A DNA stretch of 57,711 bases from Candidatus Omnitrophota bacterium (lineage in GTDB: Bacteria > Omnitrophota > Gorgyraeia > Zapsychrales > Fredricksoniimonadaceae), in contig JADFXH010000012.1 in assembly GCA_015233675.1 (NCBI GenBank), positions 1 through 57,711 on the forward strand. Reading direction: 5' to 3'. Below the pieces are notes generated by a model. The model was not told the origin of the DNA. It ran no database searches and saw nothing but the letters and a program-made list of their open reading frames with translations. The translations under genes were made by a program, and so were the position numbers. Numbering within the stretch: position 1 is the first letter of the stretch; every line of letters begins with the position of its first letter. Shown one piece after another: positions 46,444 to 56,505 of the stretch.

Positions 46444-46505
46444 GGATCCCCGCTTGCGCGGGGATGACATAATAGATTTTGTCATTCCCGCGCAAGCGGG
46501 AATCC
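46444..46505. repeat. Inverted pair of REP units (REPIN-like)
   Basis: ggatccccgcttgcgcggggatgaca-taatagattt-tgtcattcccgcgcaagcgggaatcc. Confidence 0.8.
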
Positions 46506-46632
46506 GCTTTTACAAACGGACCCTTCATGTGGCGCAGTCTGTAAACAATCGCCTTTTTTTAAGTAGTTTTTCTTTAATGCAAATGTTAAAATTTTAATTT
46601 GTTAACAGAAATGAAAGTGAGGGTAAAGGACT

Positions 46633-47400
46633 ATGGCCATTTTCTTAATCCCGCTAACAGTAGTTTTGATAGCCTTTTCAGTCAGAATAATTCAGCAGTA
46701 TCAAACAGGTGTTGTATTTCAGCTGGGGAAGTATTCCAGAACGCTTCAACCCGGGTTAAATTTTATTATACCTATCCTTGAAGAAGCAAGGGTTGTGGAC
46801 ATGAGGGTGCTGACTAATGATATTCCCAAACAGCAGGCGATCACCAAGGACAATGTGCCGGTTTCCATCAATGGCGTCGTTTATTTTCAAGTGGTAGAAG
46901 CGCAAACAGCCGTTATAAAAGTTCAGAATTATTTGTATGCGGTCTCCCAATATGCTCAAGCGGCCTTGCGGGATGTGGTTGGAGGGATGACTTTTGATGA
47001 CCTGTTGGCGGAACGTCAAAAAATTGGCGATGAAATTGAAGCCATCATTCAGAAGCAGTCAGAGAATTGGGGACTGAAAGTATCGGCGATCAAGATTTTA
47101 GACGTGGATGTGCCTGAAGAATTAAAGAAGATGATGGCAAGGCAGGCTTCCGCGGAAAGAGAAAAAAGAGCCACGATCACAAAGGCCGAAGGCGATAAAT
47201 TAGCGGCTGTCAACTTAGCAGAAGCAGCAAAAACAATGGCCCAATCGCCAGGAGCCATGCAGTTAAGAACGCTTCAAACCATTGATGGTCTGGGGCCAAC
47301 ACCGTCTAATACGGTTGTTTTGGCAGTTCCGATTGATATCCTGGAATCGGTCAGAGCGCTGACAGCTAAACTCACGGATAAGCAACCGGCGCAATCTTAA
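46633..47400 (+). CDS. SPFH/stomatin-like protein
   Basis: VFQLGKY...PGLNFIIP, ITKDNVPV, QASAEREKRA, AMQLRTLQT. Confidence 0.9.
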   Translation: MAIFLIPLTVVLIAFSVRIIQQYQTGVVFQLGKYSRTLQPGLNFIIPILEEARVVDMRVLTNDIPKQQAITKDNVPVSINGVVYFQVVEAQTAVIKVQNYLYAVSQYAQAALRDVVGGMTFDDLLAERQKIGDEIEAIIQKQSENWGLKVSAIKILDVDVPEELKKMMARQASAEREKRATITKAEGDKLAAVNLAEAAKTMAQSPGAMQLRTLQTIDGLGPTPSNTVVLAVPIDILESVRALTAKLTDKQPAQS

Positions 47401-47414
47401 ACAGCAGGGGATCC

Positions 47415-48521
47415 ATGAAAAAAGTAAAACAGCTTAAAAATATTTTTATTTCAGCCATTCATCAAAATGCAGGTAAGACGACCATATCCCTGGGGCTTTT
47501 TAAGATTTTTCAGGAACGCAAGATCAAAACTGTGTTTATGAAGCCTGTTGGCCAGGAGACCGTCACGTATGAAGAAATGGCCATTGATAAAGACACTTAT
47601 TTGATAGGAGAGGTTTATCACTGCAAGAAACATATCAAAGATATGAGTCCAATTACCGTTGGCCGCGGTTTCACGGAAAAATATATTCTTGAGCCTCAAA
47701 AACAGCAGCTGCAAGATAAGATTTTTAAAGCTTTTCAGACGATCACTAAAGGCAAGGACGCTATTATTGTCGAAGGCACGGGTCACGCGGGGGTGGGCTC
47801 GGTATTTGATTGTTCTAACGCGGATGTTGCTGCCCTGCTTGGGAGCAAGGCCATTATCGTCTCCGGCGGCGGCATTGGCCGTGCTATTGATGAGGTCATG
47901 CTTAATAAAGCCCTTTTTGATCAATGCAAGGTGCCGGTACTGGGTGTCATTATTAATAAAGTATTACCGGACAAATTGGATAAAATTAAAAGCATTGTCG
48001 GCAAGGGATTGGAACGTAAAGGCATACGGCTTTTAGGCGTTATCCCTGAAATGGAAATGTTAAGCGCCCCGACGGTAGAGCAAATCAGGGAGCGTCTGGA
48101 TTTAAGGGTATTTTCAGGGGAAGAAAATTTGCGTGCCCGTGTCCAGAATGCTATTGTTGCGGCGATGGAACCGTATAACATGATCGGCCATCTGCGCGAT
48201 GGGGCGTTGGTGATCACCTCAGGTGACAGGGTGGATAATATGCTGGTGGCTGTTTCTTCGTATTTGCTGCAGCAGGGAAGGGCGGTCAAGGTTGCAGGCC
48301 TCATTTTGACCGGAGGGCTGACTCCTGACCATAAGATCGCGGGGCTGCTTAAAGACAGCCGGATACCGGTGCTTTATTCCGAACAGGATACTTACACCAT
48401 CGCTGCAGCTATCGAGAACATGACCCCCAAGATCCAGAAGACGGACCATGATAAGATCCTGGAAGCCAGGCGTCTGGTCAAAGATTATGTCAATGTGAAT
48501 ATGATCTTAGAAAATTTGTAA
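47415..48521 (+). CDS. BioD-like (AAA_26) plus DRTGG domain protein (Pta N-terminal-like)
   Basis: NAGKTTISLG, FMKPVGQ, IVEGTGHAGVGS, ITSGDRVD. Confidence 0.82.
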   Translation: MKKVKQLKNIFISAIHQNAGKTTISLGLFKIFQERKIKTVFMKPVGQETVTYEEMAIDKDTYLIGEVYHCKKHIKDMSPITVGRGFTEKYILEPQKQQLQDKIFKAFQTITKGKDAIIVEGTGHAGVGSVFDCSNADVAALLGSKAIIVSGGGIGRAIDEVMLNKALFDQCKVPVLGVIINKVLPDKLDKIKSIVGKGLERKGIRLLGVIPEMEMLSAPTVEQIRERLDLRVFSGEENLRARVQNAIVAAMEPYNMIGHLRDGALVITSGDRVDNMLVAVSSYLLQQGRAVKVAGLILTGGLTPDHKIAGLLKDSRIPVLYSEQDTYTIAAAIENMTPKIQKTDHDKILEARRLVKDYVNVNMILENL

Positions 48522-48556
48522 GTATTTTTATCAATTCAGTAAGTTTTTATCTAAAA

Positions 48557-48910
48557 ATGTTAGAATATCTGGCAATTATATTTGCTTTTTTATTTGCATT
48601 GGCGCTTGCGGCGTTTTTGTTGACCCTGCCTAAGATTTTAGGCCCGAAATTTCCCAGCGCAGCCAAATCAAAACCCTTTGAATGCGGCAAGGAGCCTTTT
48701 TCACTGCCCGGCGGCAACAGCCCGATGCATTTCTATATTGTGGCCATGCTTTTTATCGTTTTTGACGTTGAGCTTGTTTTTCTTTTTCCCTGGGCCGTGA
48801 TGTTCAGGGAATTGGGGATTTTTGGTTTATCGCAGATGGCTGTTTTTATGGGTTTTGTGGTCCTGGGATTTATCTATGTATTAAAAAAGGGAGCTTTGGA
48901 TTGGGAGTAA
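48557..48910 (+). CDS. nuoA: NADH-quinone oxidoreductase subunit A
   Basis: PFECG, FYIVAMLFIVFDVE..FLFPWA. Confidence 0.93.
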   Translation: MLEYLAIIFAFLFALALAAFLLTLPKILGPKFPSAAKSKPFECGKEPFSLPGGNSPMHFYIVAMLFIVFDVELVFLFPWAVMFRELGIFGLSQMAVFMGFVVLGFIYVLKKGALDWE

Positions 48911-48924
48911 CCGGGGGAGCTTAA

Positions 48925-49482
48925 ATGAGTTCGGCAGGGAATTTTTTTACTTCAAAATTAGACGACGCCATCGGCTGGGCGCGTAAATTTTCCATTTTTC
49001 AATATCCATTTGTCACTGCCTGTTGCGGTATGGAATATATGTCTACAGCTGCTGCTCACTATGATGTTGACCGGTTTGGTGCGGGCTTCCCGCGATTTTC
49101 TCCCCGTCAGGCAGACGTTCTGTTTGTGGTGGGAACCATCAGCCATAAATTAGCGCCTGTTTTAAAGACGGTCTATGATCAAATGTGTGAACCTAAATGG
49201 GTGATAGCTTTCGGGGTTTGCACGTGCACAGGAGGATTTTACGATAATTATGCAACGGTGCAGGGCATTGATACCATTATCCCTGTGGATATTTATATTC
49301 CGGGCTGCCCCCCGCGTCCGGAGAATGTTATTGACGGTTTAATGAAACTTCAGGAAAAGATACAAAAAAATGAGCAGTCAAGGGCCCTTTATGATCCTTG
49401 TTCAAAAATCGGCCGGCCTGACGGGATTCAGGGCAAGTGTTCCACTGAGGGAAAGATCAAACATATAGAACCTGCAAAATGA
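48925..49482 (+). CDS. nuoB: NADH-quinone oxidoreductase subunit B
   Basis: TACCGMEYM, RFSPRQAD, PEPKW-like CEPKW, YIPGCPPRPE. Confidence 0.94.
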   Translation: MSSAGNFFTSKLDDAIGWARKFSIFQYPFVTACCGMEYMSTAAAHYDVDRFGAGFPRFSPRQADVLFVVGTISHKLAPVLKTVYDQMCEPKWVIAFGVCTCTGGFYDNYATVQGIDTIIPVDIYIPGCPPRPENVIDGLMKLQEKIQKNEQSRALYDPCSKIGRPDGIQGKCSTEGKIKHIEPAK

Positions 49483-50012
49483 CAGAAAACCATACAACAT
49501 CAAAACAACCGGGAATTTTGACTCCTTTACAAAGACTCCAGGAAAAGTTCTCCGATAAGATCATCGAGTCCCATGTATTTCGGGGAGATGAAACTGCCGT
49601 CATTGGTCTGTTAAATTTGCGCAGTGTTGCCCGATTTTTAAAAGAAACGCCAGAAATGGATTTTAACTTTTTAATGGATTTGACCGCTGTTGATTATTTG
49701 TTTTATACCGGGGGACGCGTCCAGAAGGAGTTTCGTTTCGAAGTTGTGTATCATTTTTTTTCGTTGAAGTTTAACAAGCGGATTAGGATTAAAGTCCCTG
49801 TGGATGAGAAAAATCCTCAAGTGGACACGCTCAGCGATCTGTGGGCTTCGGCGAATTGGTATGAGAGAGAAGTTTGGGATATGTTTGGCATTCAATTTAA
49901 AGGACACCCTAATTTGAAGCGTATCTTGATGTATGATCAGTTTGAGGGGCACGCCTTACGTAAGGATTATCCGTTTAATAAACGTCAACCATTAATCGGA
50001 CCGATAAACTAA
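49479..50012 (+). CDS. nuoC: NADH-quinone oxidoreductase subunit C
   Basis: RFEVVYHF, ANWYEREVWDMFGI.F.GHPNLKRIL, LRKDYP. Confidence 0.94.
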   Translation: MTENHTTSKQPGILTPLQRLQEKFSDKIIESHVFRGDETAVIGLLNLRSVARFLKETPEMDFNFLMDLTAVDYLFYTGGRVQKEFRFEVVYHFFSLKFNKRIRIKVPVDEKNPQVDTLSDLWASANWYEREVWDMFGIQFKGHPNLKRILMYDQFEGHALRKDYPFNKRQPLIGPIN

Positions 50013-51334
50013 TGACTCAAAGGCGTTCCATGTTATTAAACGTTGGACCTTCGCATCCGGCAATGCATGGCGTTATCCGCATCATTATGGAATTGGATGG
50101 CGAGAAAATAAAAGGTGCCGATGTAGAGATCGGATATCTTCATCGGGCCTTTGAGAAAATGTGCGAGACAGTGATGTATTCACAGTGTTTTCCCTACACG
50201 GACCGGTTGAATTATGTTTCTCCCTTGATTAATAATGCGGGATTTGCTCTGGCTGTTGAAAAATTATTAGGGATTGACATCCCCGAACGTGCCCAATATA
50301 TACGCGTCATCATGAGCGAGATTTCGCGTGTTACCGACCATTTGACCTGCATTGGCGCTACGGCCATGGAGATGGGCGCAATGACAGCGTTCCTGTATAT
50401 GATCAAGGCCCGGGAATTTTTATATGAACTGATTGAAGAGATAACTGGGGCACGTTTGACTATTTCATATGTCCGTATAGGCGGGGTCAAGGCTGATTTG
50501 ACGCAAGGGTTTGCGGACAGAGCATTTCAAAAGATCGCTAAGGTACGCAAGGTCCTTATTGAGGCAGATGAAATGTTGACCCGTAACCGTATTTTTTCTG
50601 ACCGGATGAAGGATATCGGAAAGATATCGCCAGAAGATGCGATTGCGTATGGGATTACGGGGCCGTTTTTAAGGTCAACGGGAGTGTCGTATGATGTGCG
50701 TAAAGCAAGCCCCTATCTTATCTATGACAAGCTTGAATTTGAAGTTCCATTGGGCAGTAAAGGGGATAATCTCGACAGGTATTTTGTCCGTATGGCAGAG
50801 ATGGAACAAAGCCTCAGGATCATTGAGCAGTGTTTTGTGCAGATACCAGATGGGGAGATCGCTTGCGGATTGACGGGTGAGGTGATACCTGCTGCCCAAA
50901 TGGTGGACCGTGCCAAGATGGGAGAGACCGAAGAATTAATTGAGGATGAAGTCGCCCTGGACCCCACCTTGCAAGGCAGCACAAGAAAGTATCATGATGC
51001 GATCTACGCGCATAAAAAAGACGTGGTGCTTCCTGCCAAAGAAAATACGTACGGCAACATAGAAGGATTGATGAATCATTTTAAACTGGTTATGTACGGA
51101 CATGGGATCCAGCCGCCCGTTGGCGAAACGTACTTTCCAGTGGAGGGCGCCAATGGAGAGCTGGGGTTTTATATTGTTTCTGACGGACGCGACCAGCCTT
51201 GGAGGGTACGTGTTCATCCGCCGTGTTTTGCGATCATGGCCGCGCTGCCTAAATGTTTGATCGGAGGGATGATGGCGGATTTGATCCCAACCTTTGGGTC
51301 AGTCAATATGATTGCGGGGGAGCTGGATAGATAA
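50012..51334 (+). CDS. nuoD: NADH-quinone oxidoreductase subunit D
   Basis: GPSHPAMHGVIR, GYLHR, DRLNYVS, EGANGELG, GELDR. Confidence 0.94.
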   Translation: MTQRRSMLLNVGPSHPAMHGVIRIIMELDGEKIKGADVEIGYLHRAFEKMCETVMYSQCFPYTDRLNYVSPLINNAGFALAVEKLLGIDIPERAQYIRVIMSEISRVTDHLTCIGATAMEMGAMTAFLYMIKAREFLYELIEEITGARLTISYVRIGGVKADLTQGFADRAFQKIAKVRKVLIEADEMLTRNRIFSDRMKDIGKISPEDAIAYGITGPFLRSTGVSYDVRKASPYLIYDKLEFEVPLGSKGDNLDRYFVRMAEMEQSLRIIEQCFVQIPDGEIACGLTGEVIPAAQMVDRAKMGETEELIEDEVALDPTLQGSTRKYHDAIYAHKKDVVLPAKENTYGNIEGLMNHFKLVMYGHGIQPPVGETYFPVEGANGELGFYIVSDGRDQPWRVRVHPPCFAIMAALPKCLIGGMMADLIPTFGSVNMIAGELDR

Positions 51335-51452
51335 TATTGTTGTCGTTGCGAGCAAGTTGCCGGAGAAGCGAACAAAAACAAATTTATTCCTGCTGCCATG
51401 TGATGGAAATACAATCTAGGAGGGGTTTATTTTTAGTGCGGAGTACTTAAAA

Positions 51453-51893
51453 GTGTTTGATAAAATTGCGGCCAAGTATGAGCAAAAGCGTACGGCCATT
51501 TTGCCGCTGCTGCACATCATTCAGGAAAAAGAAGGATTGATCTCGTCAGAGGCAGAAAAAAACATCGCGGAGTATCTTGATGTTCCGGTTGTACATGTCC
51601 ATGAAGTCGTGTCCTTTTATCATTTATTCCGCCAGACACCCAAAGGGAAATATCATTTTTCAATTTGTCAGACTACCGCTTGCGCCTTACTCGGAAGTGA
51701 GGGAATAATTGAACATATTAAAGACAGGCTCGGCATTAAACCCGGAGAAACAACTCCTGACGGGAAATTCAGTTTGAGCGCAGTCGAGTGCTTGGGTGCT
51801 TGTGAAATTGCACCCGTCATGCAGGGGAATAAAGAATATATAGGCTGCTTAAATAAAAAGAAAATCGATGAGATTATCGATCAGAACAGCTAG
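51453..51893 (+). CDS. nuoE: NADH-quinone oxidoreductase subunit E
   Basis: CQTTAC...ECLGACEIAP (2Fe-2S). Confidence 0.92.
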   Translation: MFDKIAAKYEQKRTAILPLLHIIQEKEGLISSEAEKNIAEYLDVPVVHVHEVVSFYHLFRQTPKGKYHFSICQTTACALLGSEGIIEHIKDRLGIKPGETTPDGKFSLSAVECLGACEIAPVMQGNKEYIGCLNKKKIDEIIDQNS

Positions 51894-51896
51894 ATT

Positions 51897-53144
51897 ATGG
51901 AAAAAATAGTAACCCGGCATATGTTCCAAGCCAATACTCAGAATAATTTTATTGGTTATCTAAAAGATAATGGGTATCAGGCTGCCCGAAAAGCGTTGAC
52001 TCAAATGACGCCGGTGGGGGTCATTGACGAAATTAAGAGATCCAACTTGCGCGGACTAGGCGGGGCCGGATTTGGGGCCGGCATGAAGTGGAGCTTTATT
52101 CCGCAGAATAACCTTAAGCCCAAATATTTAGTCGTCAATGGGGATGAGGGCGAGCCGGGGACATTTAAAGATAAATACATTCTTGAACAAGATCCCCATG
52201 CAGTGCTCGAGGGGATCATCATCACTTGCTATGCCGTGGGCAGCCACAAGGCGTACATTTATATTCGCGGGGAATACACAAAATCTTTACATTCAATGCA
52301 AAATGCGGTGGCGGAGGCCACCAAAGCCGGATTCTTGGGGCACGATATCATGGGAACCGGTTATGATATTGATGTTGTTGTTCATCCCGGCGCCGGAGCT
52401 TATATTTGCGGTGAGGAGACAGCATTATTGGAATCGCTGGAAGGGAAAAAAGGATTCCCCCGCCTTAAACCGCCATTTCCCGCAGTGGAGGGGCTGTTTG
52501 GCTGTCCGACGGTCATCAATAATGTGGAAACTATTTCTTGCGTGCCTGCGATTATCAATAAAGGGGCTGAGTGGTACGCAAAATTGGGGAGCGAGAAAAA
52601 TGGAGGGAACCGTTTATTTTGCGTAAGCGGGCATGTCGTTAACCCGGGAGTTTATGAACTTGCACATGGAGTGACATTGCGTGAAATTATTTATGATCAT
52701 GCCGGCGGGTTACCCCATGGCCGTAAGCTTAAGGCAGTAATCCCCGGAGGCATTTCAGCACCGGTTTTGACGCCTGATCAAATTGATGTAAAAATGGATT
52801 TCGATTCTCTTAAAGCCATTGGTTCAATGGCAGGATCAGGCGGCATCATCGTTATGGATGATACCACGGATATGGTTTGGGCGGCGATGATTGCCGCACG
52901 GTTTTTTGCACATGAGTCCTGCGGCCAGTGTACCCCCTGCCGTGAAGGCAGCGGATGGGTTTATCGCATTATTAAAAGGATTTATCAAGGAGGCGCGCGT
53001 GAGCATGATTTACTTAATCTTCCCGGAATTGTGAATAATATCGGAGGCAATACAATTTGTGCGTTTGGAGACGCGATTTCAATGTCCGTCGGATCATATG
53101 TAACTAAATTTCGCAGTGAGTTTGAAGCTAAAATTAAGAGATAA
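51897..53144 (+). CDS. nuoF: NADH-quinone oxidoreductase subunit F
   Basis: LRGLGGAGF, NGDEGEPGTFKD, AYICGEETALL, ESCGQCTPCREG, TICAFG. Confidence 0.95.
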   Translation: MEKIVTRHMFQANTQNNFIGYLKDNGYQAARKALTQMTPVGVIDEIKRSNLRGLGGAGFGAGMKWSFIPQNNLKPKYLVVNGDEGEPGTFKDKYILEQDPHAVLEGIIITCYAVGSHKAYIYIRGEYTKSLHSMQNAVAEATKAGFLGHDIMGTGYDIDVVVHPGAGAYICGEETALLESLEGKKGFPRLKPPFPAVEGLFGCPTVINNVETISCVPAIINKGAEWYAKLGSEKNGGNRLFCVSGHVVNPGVYELAHGVTLREIIYDHAGGLPHGRKLKAVIPGGISAPVLTPDQIDVKMDFDSLKAIGSMAGSGGIIVMDDTTDMVWAAMIAARFFAHESCGQCTPCREGSGWVYRIIKRIYQGGAREHDLLNLPGIVNNIGGNTICAFGDAISMSVGSYVTKFRSEFEAKIKR

Positions 53145-53145
53145 T

Positions 53146-54735
53146 ATGCCAACCCTAACCATTGATGGGAAACAAATAGAAGTCCCCGCAGGGACAACGA
53201 TCATTCAGGCGGCGGACAAGTTGGGAATTACTATTCCCCGGTACTGTTATCATCCGGCGCTTCCCGTATCCGGCAATTGCCGAATTTGCATGATAGAAGT
53301 CGAGAAACAGCCAAAACTGCAAATCTCCTGCTATACGCCGGTTACCGAGGGAATGGTTGTTAAGACAAATTCTCCTAAAGTCCTTGGAGTCCGTAAAACT
53401 ATATTGGAGTTTTTGCTGGTCAATCATCCCGTGGACTGCCCTGTTTGCGACCAGGCAGGGGAATGCAAGCTTCAAGATTATTACATGGAGCATGGCCAGT
53501 ATGACAGCAGGCTTAGCGACGTAAAAGTTAAAAAAGAAAAGAAGGCTTTTTCCATTGGCCCCACGGTCATGCTTGATCAGGAACGCTGTATTCTTTGCAC
53601 CCGTTGCGTGCGCTTCACGGATAATATTACAAAGACCCATGAATTCGGGGTGTTTAACCGGGGGGACCATTCCCAACTGGATGTTTATCCCGGTAAACAG
53701 CTGGATAACAGCTATTCGGGGAATGTTGTTGATATTTGTCCGGTCGGAGCTTTGACTGACAAGGATTTCCGCTTTAAATGCCGTGTTTGGTATTTGGACA
53801 AAACTAAATCAGTTTGTCCGGGCTGCAGTATGGGATGCAATATCACCGTTGAGTGGGATAAAATGCGTCCCGCTCAACTCAAGAAGGCCCGGGTCATGCG
53901 CCTCAAGCCCCGGCACAACCAGGATGTTAATGACTATTGGATGTGTGACAAGGGCCGGTATAAGTACCGTTTTATCGATGAGAATAGAATTCAGCATCCG
54001 CAGCTTAATGACGACGTTATTTTATGGGACAGGGCCATTGATACCGTTGCGCAGGCCCTCAAATCACTTAAAAGTTTCAATCGTACGGACAGGATCGGTG
54101 TTTTAGCCTCTGCGCAATTGACCAATGAGGATCTTTTTGTCATCCGTAAATTATTTAAAGAAACCCTTAAGGGAGCGCAAGTTGATTTTAGGGTGCCCCA
54201 ACCACCTGGAGACAGCGATAGTTTCCTTATTAAAGCAGACAAGAATCCCAATACGGCAGGCGCTTTAAATATTCTTGAGCCTGATGCAGATGCCGCAGGA
54301 ATCGTGCAAAAAGCAATATCCGGAGATATTGATTTGCTGTATGTGTTCGGACATGATTTGATTGCTCTTTGGGACAAAAAGACTGTTGAGCAAATATCCA
54401 GGAAGGCGAAACTTTTTGTTTACCAGGGCAGTAACATCAATGACACATGCAACTATGCTCACCTGAATCTTCCCAGCAGTGTCTACGCAGAAAAGACAGG
54501 CACCTTTACCAATTGTCAGGGAAGGGTTCAGCGGATTTGGCCGGCATTTTTGCCTATAGGCGAGGCCAAAGGGGATTGGGATATCCTCTCATTGCTAAGC
54601 GCAAAATTAGGCGTGCCGTTGGGCTATCAAGATTCTCAGGAAATATTTAAGGACATAGCCGCAACGCTGGCTCCATTTTCCGAAATGTCCTATGAAAAGA
54701 TCTCTGATAAAGGGATGTTATTAAAACTTTTGTGA
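53146..54735 (+). CDS. nuoG: NADH-quinone oxidoreductase subunit G (short form)
   Basis: RYCYH...GNCRIC, NHPVDCPVCDQAGEC, CILCTRC, CPGCSMGC...WMCDKGRY; ATG at 53146. Confidence 0.9.
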   Translation: MPTLTIDGKQIEVPAGTTIIQAADKLGITIPRYCYHPALPVSGNCRICMIEVEKQPKLQISCYTPVTEGMVVKTNSPKVLGVRKTILEFLLVNHPVDCPVCDQAGECKLQDYYMEHGQYDSRLSDVKVKKEKKAFSIGPTVMLDQERCILCTRCVRFTDNITKTHEFGVFNRGDHSQLDVYPGKQLDNSYSGNVVDICPVGALTDKDFRFKCRVWYLDKTKSVCPGCSMGCNITVEWDKMRPAQLKKARVMRLKPRHNQDVNDYWMCDKGRYKYRFIDENRIQHPQLNDDVILWDRAIDTVAQALKSLKSFNRTDRIGVLASAQLTNEDLFVIRKLFKETLKGAQVDFRVPQPPGDSDSFLIKADKNPNTAGALNILEPDADAAGIVQKAISGDIDLLYVFGHDLIALWDKKTVEQISRKAKLFVYQGSNINDTCNYAHLNLPSSVYAEKTGTFTNCQGRVQRIWPAFLPIGEAKGDWDILSLLSAKLGVPLGYQDSQEIFKDIAATLAPFSEMSYEKISDKGMLLKLL

Positions 54736-54810
54736 AATTTATTACTTATAATGCACGCAGCAATGAGTAAATGTTTTTGAGCATACATTTATTGGAAGGG
54801 GAGTAAAAGG

Positions 54811-55893
54811 TTGAACGATGTATTAATCAAATTCATATTAAGCGCAGGCACATTGCTTATCGTGTTTGGCATCGCCGGACTTTTGACCTGGGTTGAACGC
54901 AAGCAAAGCGCGCTTATGCAAGACCGCATAGGCGCAAATCGCGCGACAATTTTTGGGTTTAAGGCCATGGGACTTTTTCATATATTTGCCGATGTCCTCA
55001 AGATGCTCAGCAAAGAAGAGTTCATCCCTGAAGGCGCGAATAAATTTTTGTTTAATCTCGCTCCATATTTATCAATCACTTTTGCTTTGGTTGGTTTCGC
55101 AGCCATTCCCATTGGAGGGGAGTTGGTTTTGAATGGTCACGCAATCCAGCTTCAGGCGGCCAATCTCAATATCGCGCTTATTTATATTTTTGCCATGATG
55201 TCCATGGGGATTTACGGTGTTGTTTTGGCAGGGTTCTCTTCAAACAATAATTATGCTTTCCTGGGAGGGATCCGCGGCGCGGCACAGATGATCTCCTATG
55301 AGATCACCATGGCCGCGGCCATAACGGGTGTTATTATGGTATTTAATACTTTGGACCTTCAAATGTTAGACCGTGCGCAGGGAGCGTACATGTTTGGAGG
55401 GTGGATCCCTAAGTGGGGGGTTTTTGTTCAGCCGCTTTCTTTCTTATTATTTTTGACCGCGGCCGCGGCTGAAACTAAACGTATTCCCTTTGATCTTCCT
55501 GAAGGAGAATCAGAGATCATAGGCTATTTTGTGGAATACAGCGGCATGAAATTCGGGATGTTTTTTATGGCTGACCTCGTTGAAACAGTGCTGGTTGCGG
55601 CTTTGATGACGACTTTATTTTTGGGCGGATGGCAGGTGCCGTATCTTCATCCGGATGGATTTTATTTTCCATGGGGCGGGCATATGGCCCTTTCTAATTT
55701 ACCGGTTGTGATTTTGGGGGTTTTGTCATTCTTTATAAAGGTGAGTTTTTTTATTTGGACCCTAATGGCTGTCCGATGGACCTTTCCCCGCTTTCGATAT
55801 GATCAGCTGATGAATTTGGGATGGAAAATTTTATTGCCCGCGTCGTTAGTTAACATTGCTATTACAGCTGTTGTGATAATTTTTTTGAGATAA
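54811..55893 (+). CDS. nuoH: NADH-quinone oxidoreductase subunit H
   Basis: ERK...MQDRIGANR, ADVLKMLSKE, GAAQMISYE, RIPFDLPEGESE. Confidence 0.95.
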   Translation: MNDVLIKFILSAGTLLIVFGIAGLLTWVERKQSALMQDRIGANRATIFGFKAMGLFHIFADVLKMLSKEEFIPEGANKFLFNLAPYLSITFALVGFAAIPIGGELVLNGHAIQLQAANLNIALIYIFAMMSMGIYGVVLAGFSSNNNYAFLGGIRGAAQMISYEITMAAAITGVIMVFNTLDLQMLDRAQGAYMFGGWIPKWGVFVQPLSFLLFLTAAAAETKRIPFDLPEGESEIIGYFVEYSGMKFGMFFMADLVETVLVAALMTTLFLGGWQVPYLHPDGFYFPWGGHMALSNLPVVILGVLSFFIKVSFFIWTLMAVRWTFPRFRYDQLMNLGWKILLPASLVNIAITAVVIIFLR

Positions 55894-55897
55894 ATTT

Positions 55898-56500
55898 ATG
55901 GGTAATATGACCGAAAAACGCCGCCTAGAGCTAGAGAAATACTTCGATCCCAAGGGCTCTTTTGCTTCATTACGTATGGCCCAGATGAAGCGCGCCTGGA
56001 AACAATCCAATCGCCGAGAGCTAAATTGGCTGGAAAACACTTATATACCGACACTGATGGAGGGGCTTTGGCTGACCTCTAAGCATTTTTTTTACAATTT
56101 AACTTTTCACGTTTTTCATCTTTTTGGTCTTTATAAAGAAATTCCCGCTGCCGTTACCTATCAATACCCGGAAAAACCGCGGCCATTGGCATTACGTTTA
56201 AGGACCCGCCATCGCTTGACCAAACGTGAAGACGGGTCTGTAAGATGCGTTGCCTGCATGATGTGTGAAACTATCTGTCCCGCCAGGTGCATTGAAATTA
56301 CCGCCGCAGAACATCCGGACCCTAATATTGAAAAATATCCTTTTGAATTCAACATTGATTTAGGCAAATGTGTCTATTGCGGTTTTTGTGTCGAAGCCTG
56401 CCCTGAAGACGCCATCCGCATGGATACCAATAAACTTGACATCGCCGAATATACTCGTCAAAATATGATCTACAATAAAAAACGCCTAATGGAAGGATAA
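55898..56500 (+). CDS. nuoI: NADH-quinone oxidoreductase subunit I
   Basis: TYQYPE, CVACMMCETICP, CVYCGFCVEACP. Confidence 0.93.
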   Translation: MGNMTEKRRLELEKYFDPKGSFASLRMAQMKRAWKQSNRRELNWLENTYIPTLMEGLWLTSKHFFYNLTFHVFHLFGLYKEIPAAVTYQYPEKPRPLALRLRTRHRLTKREDGSVRCVACMMCETICPARCIEITAAEHPDPNIEKYPFEFNIDLGKCVYCGFCVEACPEDAIRMDTNKLDIAEYTRQNMIYNKKRLMEG

Positions 56501-56505
56501 ATTAT

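Noticed and set aside
51335-51452. nuoD-nuoE gap as a regulatory RNA or REP
   Set aside because: Only weak pairing and no match to the repeats seen elsewhere in the window
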